Assembly: GCA_951406725.2 (NCBI GenBank)
Contig: OX597815.1
Coordinates: 180,172,001-180,236,000 of the forward strand
Length of the DNA: 64,000 nucleotides
Direction of reading: 5' to 3'
Origin: Octopus vulgaris
Taxonomy: Eukaryota
The notes beneath the pieces were generated by a model. The model had not been told where the DNA came from. It made no database searches and was given only the letters and a program-made list of their open reading frames with translations. Positions 24,251 through 39,628 of this stretch are shown here, one piece after another (the first letter of the stretch is position 1; each line of letters opens with the position of its first letter). A program made the translations under genes and the position numbers.

Positions 24251-25130
24251 GATGGAACTCTTTGATCCTCATTTTATTCTACTGCATCTCCAAAGCCGTT
24301 CGATATTTATTTTTAAAATTCTACTGTAATTTTGTAATTAAATATTAGGAATTCGTTTATTCTTTTATTTCTTGATTTGTTTCAGTAATTTGACTGTGGC
24401 CATGCTGGAGCATTGCCAAAAAAAAATCAACTCCAGGTCTTATTCTTTGTAAGCCTAGTACTTGTTCTATCGGTCTCTTTTATTGAAATGCTAAGTCATG
24501 GGTACATAAACACACCAACATTGGTTGTCAAGCGATGGTGTGAGGGTGGAGGGGGACAAAAACAGACACAAACACACAAATATATACTTACATACATACA
24601 TATATATAAATGTGTGCGTGTGCATGTGTGTATATAGATATATACATGCAATGAGCTTCTTTCAGTTTCTGTTTACCAAATCCTCTCATAAGGCTTTGGT
24701 TGGCCTGAGACTATAGTAGAAGATACTTGCCCAAGGTTCCACACAGTGAGACTGAACCTAGAACCATGTGGTTGGGAAGCAAGCTTCTTACCACACAGCC
24801 ACTCATATTTTGTATATTGTAGAAGAATAACCAATTTACTGCACATAAATTTTAACAACAAAACCTAATTACAGAACCCCATAATGACCATGTAGACCCC
24901 AGTTGAGAATCACTGCTGACATTGAATTTGATCTCTGATCAATCTGCATTAATAAATTTGAAATAAACTCATTTCTTTTGCTAGCCTTCTACAAAGTTGT
25001 GCATCGTTCATTTTTTGTCATTACCTGCCCATGCTGGAAATAGGTAACTGGAATGACTGCTGACCTCCTTAGAAGAAGGACTCCTACAACAGCCAGAAAC
25101 AAAGCAACATAATTTTGCATTGTAGACAGT

Positions 25131-25608
<478 letters not shown>

Positions 25609-25879
25609 AGAAGTTGTTGCAAACATTTTTCTCATCCTGTGGAGTCGATACGAACCACAGGAATGGTATGGTGTTCAAGACTTATCCATTTTAATCTCCA
25701 TTACCATCATCGTCATCATCATCGCCATCATTGCTAATCCTCCACACTGCCAACATAGCTGCCACCACCAATACCACCACCAGCATTCATCTACACTCCA
25801 GCACTACCATCAACACCACTTCCTCTTCATCCATCTTCCTCATCATTATTAACACCTCAAGTATCGTCATCAGCTTCAC

Positions 25880-25911
<32 letters not shown>

Positions 25912-26297
25912 GAATCATCATCATCATCATCATCATCATCGTGTTCATGATGATATTCTTGAAAATTAACGAGGTATCCATTCCTTATCTTGTTCACTCC
26001 TGCATTTCTATGTTCCTCACTCACAGCAGATGCTCTGCTTTAGAAGTCTTCAAAAAAAAAAAAATATATATATATATACAAAAAAAAAAAAAAACTTGTG
26101 CAAATAAGCATGTAATAGAACTTACAACTTTAACAAAAAAAAGAAAAACACAACCAAAAAAAATAAAAAAAAAGATGCAAGGAAAAAAAAACTGGATTTT
26201 ACTTGCATGCATTTAATGGTGCATCAAGTGCACTTGGAATATATTCTCCGAAGATGCAGCACCAGGCTAGCTTCTCATAGCTTCTTCAACAAAGATG

Positions 26298-26349
<52 letters not shown>

Positions 26350-26659
26350 CTTTGTTGTAACCGTTTTTGAGGCGATTGTAGTTGGTGTTATTATTATTGT
26401 ATTTGTTGTTGTTTTTATACATTTCTTTTTTTATTTTTCTCCCCCAAATATTTTTCTTTATATTTGCAAATCGGTAACTGAGCACCAGTTGATACCATCT
26501 GTCATATGTCATCGCTAAAACATCTCTCGTTTCCAATATTTAAAAAAAAAATTTTCTTTTCTTTTCTGGTTATTTGTTTATTCTCTCGTTTATCTAATTT
26601 GCATTTTAAGCTTTAATTTGTAATTTTTTTTCTATCATATTTTTTTGTTCTTATATATT

Positions 26660-26871
26660 CTTTTATTTGTTTCAGGTATTTTGACTGTCGCCATACTGGA
26701 GCCACCACCTTTAGTCGAACAAATCGATCGCCAGGACTTATTCTTTGTAAGCCTAGTAGTTATTCTGTCTGATCTCTTTTGCCAAACCGCTAAGTTACGG
26801 GGATGTAAACACACCAGTATTGGTTGGTGGCACAAACACAGACACACAAACATATACACACACACATACAT

Positions 26872-26911
<40 letters not shown>

Positions 26912-28380
26912 GGCTGTGTGGTTAGGGAGCTTGCTTCCTAGCTACATGGTTTCGGGTTCAGTCCCACTGCGTGGCACTTTGGGTAGGTGTCTTCCACTAT
27001 AGCCCCGAGCTGACCGGAGCTTTGTGATTGAATTCGGTAGGTGGAAGTTACTGCCGTGTGTGTACATGTGCGTGTAGGTGCTTGTGCCTCTCCCAAAGAG
27101 AGAGAGGGATATATATATATATATATATATATAGGCATAGGAATGGCTGTGTGGTAAGTAGCTTGCTTACAAACCACATGGTTCCGGGTTCAGTCCCACT
27201 GCGTGGCACCTCGGGCCAATGTCTTCTGCTATTGCCTCGGGCCGACCAAAGCCTTGTGAGTGGATTTGTTGGATGGAAACTGAAAGAAGCCGTCGTATGT
27301 ATATATATATAAGTGTGTGTGTGTGTGCGTGTGTATGTTTGCGTGTCTGTGCTTGTCCCCCCAACATCACTTGACAACCGATACTGGTGTGTTTATGTCT
27401 CCGTAACTTAGTTACGGATAGTATATGTATGTATGTGTGTATGTGTGTGTGTACCTGTCTGTGTATGTGTGTATATATGTATGTGTGTGTGATGTGTATG
27501 TCTTTGTGTGTGTATGTGTGTGTGTGTCTTTGTGTGTGTGTGTGTGTATGTCTTTGAGTGTGTGTGCGATAGAATAAGTACTAGGCTTACAAAGAATAAG
27601 TCCTGGGGTCGATTCGCTCGATTAAAGGTGGTGCTCCATCATGGCCACAGTCAAATGACTGAAACTATAAAAGAGTAAAAAGAGTAAAAGAGATATATAT
27701 GTATATATTAACTCACAAGACTGGTCGGTCTGGGGCTATAATAGAAGTCACTTGTCCAAGGTGCCATGCAGTGGGACTGAACCTGGAACCATGTGATTGG
27801 TAAGCAAGCTACTTACCACACATCCATACCTGCCTATATATATATTTAAAATATTTTACTTGTTTACGTGGGGCACTGCTTTGAAGAATTTTTAACTGAA
27901 TGAATCCACCCCAGAACTTAATTTTTCATTAAAGCCTGGTACTAATTCTATCAGTCTTCTGCTGAACTGCTAAGTCACAGGAACGTAAACACACTAACAC
28001 TGGTTGTTGGGTGGTGGTAAGGGGCAAACACAGATAAAAACACATGCACACACACACACACACACACACATACACACACAGACACATACACACGTACACA
28101 TCACACACACATACACAGACAGGTACACACACACTCAGATATACACACACATACACAAAGACATAGACACACATACATATACACACACTCAAAGACATAG
28201 ACACACATACATACACACATACACACACAAAGACACATACACACACATGTATGATAAGCTTCTTTCAGTTTCCATCTACTATATCCACTGACAAGACTTT
28301 GGTCGGCCTGAAACTATAGCAGAGGACACTTACCCAAGGTGCCACATAGTGGGACTGAACCCAGAACCATGTGATTAGGA
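26660..28380. mobile_element. Cluster of 5-6 SINE family 1 copies in both orientations
   Basis: Heads/tails at ~26660-26900(-), 26908-27050(+), 27133-27690(+), 27715-27835(-), 27855-28380(-). Confidence 0.8.
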
Positions 28381-28443
28381 TTAATATTACAAATTCTGGT
28401 TGAAGCAAGAAATTTTTGTATTACCATTTTTCTTCTACACAAA

Positions 28444-28669
28444 CCCTTTAGCATTTAAGCTGACCATATCTGACCCAAAGATTCTACCTGTTTTGTGTTC
28501 AAAGCAGCTATATCTGGCCTCTTACACCCATCCTACAATGTCATTTTAAAGATAAAAAAAAGCCCCACTTAATTGAAATCTCAAAGCTATGACATAATGC
28601 TTGATTAATTCAAAACACTGAATAAAGAAGGATTGCATTTGGCAGAGAAGGAATCTGAATGCTTAAGGG
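28444..28669. mobile_element. piggyBac-like MITE, second family
   Basis: CCCTTTAGCATT ... AATGCTTAAGGG|TTAA. Confidence 0.65.
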
Positions 28670-29499
28670 TTAAACTGCGCATCACCAGTGCCACTCTGCC
28701 AAAACCATTGTTTTGTAATGTTGCAGTTTGCTATTCTTTTTTGTTTCTTTCTTTTTTTCTTTCTATCTTCTGTTGTTGTTATTGGTTAATTCTTTATCTG
28801 GTCTGATAAAAATTTGGAACTGCAACAACAATGATGAGAAATGTAACAGTAGTAACAAATTGAAAAAAATAATCGAAAACAAATATGTTTGTAAAGTAGT
28901 GGGCATCAGGAAGAGCGTGCAGCTGTAGAGACCCCTGCCAAAATAGACAACTGGGTCCTGTTGCAGCTCTTCAGCTTGCCAGCTCCTGTCAAACAGTCTA
29001 ACCCATGCCAGGATGGAAAATGGATGTTGTTTCTACAAAGGCATTTGACATGTTAGAAATAACAGCCTGAATACCTCAAATCACAACCTACAGACTTAAG
29101 AAAGGAAGAACACACAGGACAATGTAAATTTAGATGAGATGGTCATAAATGGAACATCCTTCATTATAAATCTGTTCAATCAGGTCTAACCTGAAGGTAG
29201 ATAATAACAGCAACCAGTACATATAAATTAAACAATTTTGAGTATTCTCTAAAGAATTCTATGGATTTTCAAAAATCTTTTGGCCATCTTTGGGCAGAAA
29301 CCCATATTTTGTAGGAACGATGTAAAGTCAGCCAATTCAAACATTATTGGTACTTATTTTACTTCAAAGAAAGCTCTTAAATTAATGCAATAACTGTGGA
29401 ATTCAAACTCAAAACACAGACAGAAAAAACTGATCCTAACCATTTTTGCCAACTCTGTAATATTGGATTTCATGCTCAGAGATTTAATTCATTGGACGA

Positions 29500-30048
29500 T
29501 AAACTTTGACTGCAAAGACCTGTTGGGGAAAGTGAAATCAAAATTGCTGACGTGGCCGATGACAGTACCGCCTGATTGGCACTCGAGCCAGTGGAACGTT
29601 AAAAGCACCATCTGAGCGTGATCATTGCCAGGGCTGCTGACTAGCTCCCGTGCCAGTGGCACATAAATAGCGCCATTCGAGCGTGATCATTGCCAGCGTC
29701 ATCTTACTGGCACATGTGCTGGTGGCACGTGAAAAACAACATTTGAGCGTGGTCATTGCCAGTGCCGCTCAACTGGCTCCTATGCAGGTGGCATGTAAAA
29801 AACACCTTTTAAGCATGGTCGTTGCCAGTACTGGCTGACTGGCTCTCATGCCAGTGGCACATAAAAAGCACCTACTACACTCTTGGAGTGGTTGGCATTA
29901 AGAAGGGCATCCAGCTGTAGAAACTTTGCCAAATTAGATTGGAGCCTGGTGCAGCCTTCTGGCTCTCCAGACCTCAGTCAAACCGTCCAACCCATGGCAG
30001 CATGAAAAGCGGACGTTAAACGATGATGATGATGATGATGATGATGAT
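29500..30048 (+). mobile_element. RTE 3'UTR-derived repeat with several stem-loop units and (GAT)n
   Basis: GTGCC(A/G)GTGGCAC units plus shared tail; further copies at 30986-31803(-), 33095-33644(+), 36128-36468(+), 45692-46020(-), 48162-48615(-), 53022-53362(-), 55915-56112(+), 61073-61525(-), 63056-63200(-). Confidence 0.8.
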
Positions 30049-31801
30049 ATATTTCTTTTACTCATTCTTTCTTTGATAGTTCTGCATCTATTTTTTTTTA
30101 TTCTAGAATTGGTGCAATGATTGTTTTTGTTTTTTTTACTTTGAGATCTTCCTTACAGGTAAGGGTAGAACCTGTCATTAACAAAGCATAATGATGCGAG
30201 AAGAATTTTGTATCTTCCTAAGAGACAGAACATAATCACTGTAGCAAGAGAATTTCGATCATATATGTAGTAAATGGTCTCTCAGCCATGGAAATGATAA
30301 ATCTTTGCAAGAGAACCATTTGACAAGAGCTTGTGCTTAATGGGCATTAAACTGGTGGAAAATACATCTCCCTTGAATAAAAAGATATTTATTACAGGTG
30401 ATTTTTTTACCAAGAAGAATCGTTAGGTTTTTCTATCAGGTGGTACAATTGTTTCCTCTACAAAGGTGGGGAAAAAAAAACTGAAAAGCTTGCAACAGAA
30501 CTGAACTCAAAACAAAAGAACTGGAGGTCAATTACCCTACCCACTCAGCCAATTTATTTCTGGGTGTGTAGTGGTGATTCAAAAGCAAACCACTGGATAG
30601 CTAATCAGATGTCATAGTCAAACCACAGCATGTTACACGTGATTGGTCAATTAAGTAACCAATCAGCTCCAAGACATCACATGATTTGATTTCCTAGAAT
30701 TTTTTTCTTGTGCCCTAATATATAAAAAGATGGATTTTGGCAAAAATCACAGAATATCGAGACTGCCACACATCATCTCCATTCTTGACACAACCAACCG
30801 ATTAGAACAGATGGTAGTTAGTCAGCAGGAATCTCTGATGCTACGGTTACAGCACAATAATTTTCCATTTGTGATGGGTCAGCCACACTCTGCTATATCA
30901 GTTAATTTGTAGTAGGCGCCAAGCAGTGTGTCAATCTCTGTATATAATTATTACTGCTATATTCATAAAAGACCAACATTTTCAACATCATCATCATCAT
31001 CATCATCATCATTGTTTAACGTCCATTTTCCATGCTAGCATGGGTTGGACGGTTCGACCGGGGTCTGGGAAGCCAGAAGGCTGCACCAGGCTCCAGTCTG
31101 ATCTGGCAAGGTTTCAACAGTTGGATGCCCTTCCTAATACCAACCACTCCAAAGTGTAGTGGGTGCTTTTTATGTACCACTGGTATGGAAGCCAGTCAGA
31201 TGTCACTGGCAACGACCCACGCATGGATGGTGCTCATTGCATGCCATCAGCATGGGAACCAGTCAGGTTATATATATATATATATCATCATCATCATCAT
31301 CATCATTTAACGTCCGCTTTCCATGCTAGCATGAGTTGGACGATTTGACTGAGGACTGACGAACCAGATGGCTGCACCAGACTCCAATCTGATCTGGTAG
31401 AGTTTCTACAGCTGGATGCCCTTCCTAACGCCAACCACTCCATGAGTGTAGTGGGTGCTTTTACATGCCACCGGCATGTGGGCCAGTCTGGCGGTACTGG
31501 CAACGGCCACGCTCGAAATGGTGTTTTTTACGTGCCACCTGCACAGGAGTCAGTCCAGCGGCACTGGTAACGACCTCACTTGAATGTTTTTTCACGTGCC
31601 ACCGGCACAAGTACCAATAAGGCAACGTTGGTAACGATCATGCTCAAATGGTGCTTTTTACATGCCCCTGGCACAGAAGTCGGACAGCTGCTCTAGCAGT
31701 GATCCCGTTCAGATGGAGCTGTTAGCACTTCACTGGCACGGGTGCCAGTCATCGAATTTGGTTCAATTTCAATTTCACTTGCCCCAACAGGTCTTCGCAA
31801 G

Positions 31802-31836
<35 letters not shown>

Positions 31837-34800
31837 CAAATTGTATTTGTATAAACTTTATTGATTACATGTCAAAGGAAATATTGCTGAAATATTCATC
31901 AAGATGCACTGGTATTTTTCTACATAAATATGTGTCTAGGAAAGATAAGATGACCTGTAAAAGTACACTTGTAATTAGTAGAAAGCAGTTTGTTGGTAAA
32001 TTCTAACAAACGTCTGATGTTGTTGAACAAAATTAACAATTTTTATCTTTAGCAACGATTATTGAAATAATTATTTTTTTTATTGCTCACAGGGGGCTAA
32101 ACATAGAGGGGACAAACACAGACAAAGAGATTAAGTTGATTACACGACCCCAGTGTGTAACTGGTATTTATTTCATCGACCCCAAAAGGAGGAAAGGCAA
32201 AGTCGACCTCAGTGGAAATTGAACTCAGAACGTAAGGACAGATGAAATACCACTAATTATTTCACCCGGCATGCTAATGATTCTGATAGCTTGCTACCCT
32301 AGGATTACTGGAATATTATTCTACCAATATCCTTGGCAATGGCATGAAATCATCATGAATTTTGTTTGTTTTCCCCTTCCCTGAGATCAGTCTGCTTACC
32401 ACCAAGAAATACCTCTGATATTTGCTTTGTAGTCTAACTTGAACATACAGACCATTGATAATTGATTTTGTTTATCATAATTGCAGAAGATATTAAATAT
32501 TGATCAACTGATAAGGCATTAAACATTTGATAAAACTAATCATCTGCTTTTTAATTTTTTAAATTATATTTTGTTTGCATTATTCCATCCCTAATTTACT
32601 AAGCAATATGGTTTGGCTGTCATGTTTATTGTTGGGGGTTTTGATCTTGGTTAAGATCACTTCAGCTAAGCATAGTTCACTGCAGTAATCAACAGCATCA
32701 GCTCAGAAAAAAACAGATGCGTGGCTGAGTAGCTTGCAGCGCTAAATTAGCTGTGATAGCATTTGACCATCATCATCATCATCACCACCGCCACCACCAC
32801 CACCACCGCCGCCGCCGCCACCACAGCCACCGCCACTGCCGCTGCTGCTGCCACCACCACTGCCGCCGCCGCAGTATCATCCAAAAGTGAGGCAGTATCA
32901 TCCAAAAGCTAAAATGATACAGAGAACATTGTTAGCTTGATCAATAGTCGTACTGAGATAATATACTGCAGTAACCATCCCTGTCATGTTCTAATGCTTC
33001 TATATAATAGACTGGAAGATGAAAGCTATTAACTTTTTTCCCCTTTTTGTAAGAATTCTTTAGGATACAAATTAAAGGATGCAATTAAAGGCTGATTCCA
33101 GTACCCTCACACTGGCTCTTGTGTCGGTGGCACGTAAAAAGCTCCTTTGGAACGTGGCCAATGCCAGTATCCCCTGACTGGCCCCTGTGCCGGTGGCACA
33201 TAAAATGGGCCATCCGAACATGGCCGATGCCAGTATCCGCGACTGGCTCTTGTGCCGGTGGCACGTAAAAAGCACCATTGGAATGTGGCCAATGCCATTA
33301 CCAATTGACTGGCTCCCATGCCGGTGGCATGTAAAAAGCATGATTTGAATGTGGCTGATGCTAGTACCCCCTGACTGGCCCTTGTGCTGGTGACCCATAA
33401 AAAGCATTATCTGAATGTGGCTGATACCAGGTCCGCCTGACTGGTTCCTGTGCTAGTGACACGTAAAAAGCACCCACTATACTCTCGGAGTGGCTGGCAT
33501 TAGGAAGGGCATCCAGCTGTAGAAACACTGCCAGATCAGATTGGAGCCTGATGCAGCTGCTGGCTCTCCAGACCTCAGTCAAACCATCCAACTCATGCCA
33601 GCATGGAAAGCAGACATTAAATGATGATGATGATGATGATGATGAATTAAGAATTTGATGATAAAAGTGTATGATGCAATTAAAGCTCATCTCTGAAACC
33701 CTTTTCTCTTACTTGTTTCACTCATTAGCCTGAGGCCGTAATTATATATAAATACATATATATATATATATGACAGGCTTCCTTCAGTTTCCATCTAAAA
33801 TAATCCAGTCACAAGACTATAGAGAAGACACTTGCCAAAGCTGCCGCATACAGAAGGACTGAACCAGGAACCATGTGGTTGGGAAGCAAACGTCTTATCA
33901 CACAACCACACCTGTTTGCCTATGAAGCCTTTTTGCAGACCAAATGGAAAGTAAATCTTCTTCATGGTCAGTACGTAGCAATACAAGACAGAGAACCAAA
34001 GTAATACGAAAGCTAAAAATACCATAAATATTCTGGGCTAAGACAGAAACGGCAGATCTGAGAATTATCAAAATTAAATGATTGAACAAAAGGCTAATGT
34101 TAACTGGAGACTACACTTTCAACATGAAAAGATAATCGACTAATCTTTGGTTGTCCTATCTTTCTAAAGATGGAATACATTTATAGACATGCCCCTCTCT
34201 CTCTCTCTCATGTGCCTATCCCCACACTCTCACTCTTCCTTTACACCTCCCAGCCTCTCCAATTGTGTTCATCATCACTTGCTGCAGGCATGTCTTCTCC
34301 CATCTCTAACCCTAACCCCTCACACACCTATGGAACATTCCCCTCTGTATTACTTATGCTCCCCGCCACTGTTCACTGCAGGTAAGACTCAATACATCTC
34401 TCCCTCCCTCTCTCTCTCTCTGTCTTACTCTCTAACTCTCTCCCACCTCTGTTCTTCTTCTTTGTCCTACTGGGGTGGCCAAATGTCTAACTGCTCACTT
34501 GCCACTTCTTTTCCTTCCACTCCCTCTCTCAACTAAGAGGTCTTTCTCTTGCAAGTTACTTGGTAACCCAGCTGGTGCTGGTGCCACATGTAAAAGGCAC
34601 CCAGTACACTCTGTAAAATTATTGATGTTAGGAAGGGCATCCAGTTATAGAAATCTTGCCAAAAGAGACACTGGAGCCCGGTGCAGTTCTCCAGCCTTGC
34701 CAGCTCCTGTCAAACCATTCAACCCATGCCATATGTATGTTATGTTTCTGTGACTTAACAGTTTGGGAAAAGGGTCTGATAAAATAAGTACCAGGTTTGA

Positions 34801-34979
34801 AAAATTAAGTACTGGGGGTCAATTCATTTGACTAAAGATTCTTGAAGGTGGTGCTCCAGCATAGCCACAGTCTAATAACAGAAACAAGTAAAAGATAAAA
34901 GAGAAATATTGAAGAACCACAAGATCCAACATGTCATTCTTTTCTACGAAAATAGATTTTTATACACTTTTTATTTTTT

Positions 34980-35370
34980 ACTCTTTTACCTGTTTCAGTC
35001 ATTTGACTGTGGCCATGCTGGAGCATCGCCTTTAGTCGAGCAAATCGACCCCAGGGCTTATTCTTTGTAAGCCTAGTACTTATTCTATCAGTCTCTTTTG
35101 CTGAACCGCTAAGTTACGGGGATGTAAACACACCAATATCAGTTGTCAAGCGATGTTGGGGGGACAAACACAAACACACACATATATATATATATACATA
35201 TATACGACTGGCTTATTTCAGTTTTCCGTCTACCAAACCCTCTCACAAGGTTTTGGTCGGCCCAAGACTATAGTAGAAGACACTTGCCCAAGGTGCCACG
35301 CAGTGGGACTGAATCCAGAACCATGTGGTTTGTAAGCAAGCTACTTACCACACAGTCATTCCTACGCCTA
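34980..35370 (-). mobile_element. SINE family 1
   Basis: Full-length match to the family head and tail. Confidence 0.85.
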
Positions 35371-35851
35371 TATGAAAAATATTTGCCTACTATTTCGAAC
35401 ATGTTAAGCAACCTTGTTAGTGACTCCCTTTTCAATTGCGAGACCCCTTGTGATAACCACAGCTAGGACTTAAAAAGGAGAACTGTCTGAGTGCACCAGT
35501 TGGTTTCCCTCTGCTGCTTATCACTCAGAAATATATATATATAGAGTGCATTCCAGAAGTTTTGAGACTTTTTTGAGGGGAGGCACTAACAACTGTTCTA
35601 GATTATTGCAATTTCTGTATATCATTACTAAACAGGTGCAGACGTGGCTGTCGGGTAAGAAGCTTGCTTCCCAATCATATGGTTCCAGGTTCAGCCCTAC
35701 AGCGTGGTACCTTGGGCAAGTGTCTTCTACTAGAGGTGCAAGCCAACCAGAGCCTTGTGAGAGGATTTGGTAGATGGAAATGGAAAGAAGCTCATCATAC
35801 ATACATGTATACAAACACACACATGTGTGTGTGTGTTTGTATGTATGTATG

Positions 35852-35888
<37 letters not shown>

Positions 35889-35983
35889 ATATATATATAT
35901 ATGTGTGTATGTGTATATATGTATATATATATATATATATATATGTGTATATATATATATATGTGTGTATGTGTATATATGTG

Positions 35984-36031
<48 letters not shown>

Positions 36032-36482
36032 TAAGGGCTCCTAAATTAAGATGCCGAGTGCTTTGTGCTGGGCACCTGGTAGTAAATAATATTACTACCC
36101 TTCTTGTTTATATATATATATATATATAAATCAAAATCAAAATCAAAATCGATCAACATCAATGAAAATTGTAGCTGTGATACCAGTGCCGGTGGCACGT
36201 AAGAGAACCATCCGAACGTGGCCGTTGCCAGCGCTGCCCCAACTGGCCTCCGTGCCGGTGGCACGTAAAAAGAACCATCTGATCGTAGCCATTTGCCCGC
36301 CTCGCCTGGCACGTAAAAAGCACCTACTACACTCTCAGAGTGGTTGGCGTTAGGAAGGGCATCCAGCTGTAGAAACATTGCCAAATCAGGCCCCAGTTGA
36401 ACTGTCCAACCCATGCTAGCATGGAAAGCGGATGCTAAACGATGATGATGATGATGATGATGATGATGTATATATGTATATA

Positions 36483-36516
<34 letters not shown>

Positions 36517-37334
36517 CTAGACTACCCATGACCCAACAAGTCACTGACGGTTGATGTTATAAAACATTGAAGCTTGATTTTGACATTGCAGCATTGAATT
36601 GAAAGTTAATTTTATGATGATTCAGTTAAATATTTCTGGTTTACAATTTCATGTTTAAGGTTTTATTGATTATTTACAGCATTTAATAGAAATAGAACTT
36701 CCGGGAAAAACTTGAACTCCAGTAACAGCATTTATTTATGGCATATGTGCATGCTTCTACAAAAATGCAAAAGGAATTGTTATATAACGTAAATATAAAA
36801 CTAATGGAAACAATTTTTCCATTTCAGGGTTATGTTACTTTCAGAGTATTTTCCCATTATGCACCATTTGGGCTATTTACGAAGTTACCTCCAAAAAACC
36901 GCCTATCTCGGGAATCTGTGGTCTGATTTACGTGAAATTTGTTTTATTATGTTTGTTTTCACATTTCAGGTGTACCTTACTTTCAGAGTATTTTCACATT
37001 ATGCATTGGTTTGGCTGTATTAAATTACTGACAAGCAGGCACGCAAGCAAGCACACACAAAAAAAAATAAACTGGCATAACTACATATGTTCACCACCCC
37101 ACCTGACTTTGTTGCCTCATAACTTCCAGAAAAATGGATACTTTTTAACAAAATTGTCAACAAACACTACTTAGATGATGTGAATTCAGAGTATATAGGA
37201 ATTTATGGGAAATAATTTTTTCGAGGGGGAAGGGTGGGGAATTTTGGAAAATTCACATGATCCAACTTTTTATCCTCATAACTTTCAGGAAAATGGATAT
37301 CTTTTAGTGAAATTTTATACAACTACCTTTTATA

Positions 37335-37905
37335 ATGATAATAATGAAATTATTGTATACAGTGCTCAGGTGCACCACAACTTGTCAAAAAGTGCGTATA
37401 AAGCATATGCAGTAATGTACAAATGTCTGGAAAGTGAACAGTGTATGAATCAGATACATGCTTGTGTGTGCATGGAGGGGAGAAAATCGGGTGTAGTGTT
37501 GGTGAATCTCAGGAAGCATGGAAGTTTTGAAGGATGCAGTGCTCCAACAACTAACAACTGATGCCGGCAGTTTGTTCCATGCTTCAGCAACTCTTAGCAT
37601 GAAAACATGTTTCCGAAAGTCATGGGAGCTGTGTTATTTTCTGACTTTGTAAACATGTCCACGGGTGTTAGACGGGTGGAGTTTGAAAAGGTGCTCAGAG
37701 TTATTGTTTGTAAGATGGTTAAAAATTTTATGGGTGTCTGGCAAGTCAGCTGCCAGATGTCGGAGTTTCAATGTGTCCATGCCCAGAGAAGAAAGATGTT
37801 CAGAATATGGCAAATGCCTGATGGAGGGTATTCTCTTGGTTGCACGTCACTGAACGGTTTCCAGACGATTAATATCCTGGTCAAGATAGGGGTTCCAGAC
37901 CGGCA
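37335..37905 (-). pseudogene. CR1/L2-group LINE 3' fragment
   Basis: VWNP(fs)LDQDINRLETVQ*RATKRIPSIRHLPYSE ... LRVAEAWNKLPASVVSC.STASFK; short (ATT)n tail. Confidence 0.85.
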
Positions 37906-39628
37906 TAAATTTAAATGTCATAGATTATAATTATAAAGAAATTTATGGGGAAATTTTTTCCGAAGGGTGGGGAGAGGAGTTTCGATAAATGGAATTTCAG
38001 ATCAGGAAGTTGGAACTACTGTTTTGTTGGGGATTACTCCCACTTATTTTTCTAAACCAAAGTCTTGGAAATGATGTGGGTGGGGAACATCTTTTTATGA
38101 AAAAAAAGTTTTGAAAATTCTTTTGTACACCTCCCGCCCACTCAACATTCTACTCTGGACCTATTTTGGCCAATTTTTTTTTTTGCACTTCAAAACCACG
38201 AGAGGAACCTTTTGGTAAAAAAAAAATTGAAAAATTGTTAATATTTTCAGAGGAAAGTGTGATTTAAGGGAGATTTGGCAGTTGTTTCTAGCACATCCCA
38301 AGACAACCCTCCTCGTTTCTTTCTCATTCTTGAATGTATTAATGTTTTTCAATATTTTACTCCCCATAAATATATTAATAAACTATTAAAAAAAAATTTG
38401 ATAAATCCTGATTGTTTTGCAATCCCACTCCCTGACCCCAATTGTTTCTTCTTATAAATTAAAATATTGGAGAACCTGCAAAGATCATTGCTGGCATTTA
38501 ACCACATGGTATGTAAACGATAATTCATTTTAATTGCATACTTTTCTGTTAGAAAATGTTCTTTCTTACATGCACACATTAGGCCACGCTAGCTAGTCGT
38601 GACTAGTCGATCCTAAAACGACTGCCTAGCAAAGTAAATAAAACACAAAATAAATAATTTTTTTTACACAGAGTAAATAATTTTTGTTAATCAAAGTAAA
38701 TAAAATACAAAAACACAAATTAAATAATTTTTAAATAAAATAAATCACACACCAAAACACATAGTAAGGATCAACAAGTCATGACTAGCTAGCGCGGATG
38801 CGCGAGTACTCGCGTGCGCGCACCGGGACCACAGTTCGTTAGTAGTACCTCCTTCGCTAACCCCCGGCTGACTCTTTGAATTTGCAGGTAACAGAGTTTA
38901 TTCGTAGCAAGTCAAGGGGATGCTGTTAGTTTTCAGTCGGGTGATCTTTCCCGTTGAGCATATGTAATAACCAGTTCCAGATTTTTTGCTCACCATAGCA
39001 GACGACAGTGATCGCCATAACAGACGACAGTGATGATGAAGCTGACATAAGAAAACAAGACATACATTTTCAAACAGATTTGGCTCACGAAAATGCTTGT
39101 TTTCCCCAGCTAAAACCTGAATTTAACAAAGTTTTAAATAAGGTAAGAAAAATTTCAAAAGAGCAAGCCTTTTTCTATCAAGCTCTCAATTTTGGTCAAC
39201 TTGCACCGCAGGGTCTCGGAGGAGATAGTGTTAGTTGAAGGCTACCAAACCTGCCATATACAGATATCTTCAGCTTTATATATATAGAGAGATTATTGCT
39301 TACAACTAAAGCAACAAGTGTCCAGTCGGAAAGAGCTTTTTCAATTACTGGAACTTTTTAACACAAAAATTAGGACAAGTTTGTCAAGTAAAACACTGAA
39401 TGCTTTGTGTTTTTTTAAAAGATTATTTTCGAAGGAAAGTGAATCATGAAGCAAGTCAAGAAACTTGATTGATTCTCAGAAATACAACGACTTGGACAAA
39501 CGTTGCATTCCTGATTAAATAAATATAATACCATTATTAGATACAGATACAGGCACCATCAACATATTTGTGGATATCAGTCAACCTGTTACTTTCTCTC
39601 TTTCTTTGTGTATGTATATAAGCAAAAA

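Noticed and set aside
25690-26216. Ser/Thr/Ile-rich 161-aa ORF
   Set aside because: Degenerate (CAT/CAC)n plus poly-A; no domain; at most UTR-like.
32769-32870. GC-rich poly-Pro or poly-Ala/Thr tract as a coding exon
   Set aside because: In-frame stops immediately upstream in both frames checked and no splice acceptor; compound triplet microsatellite.
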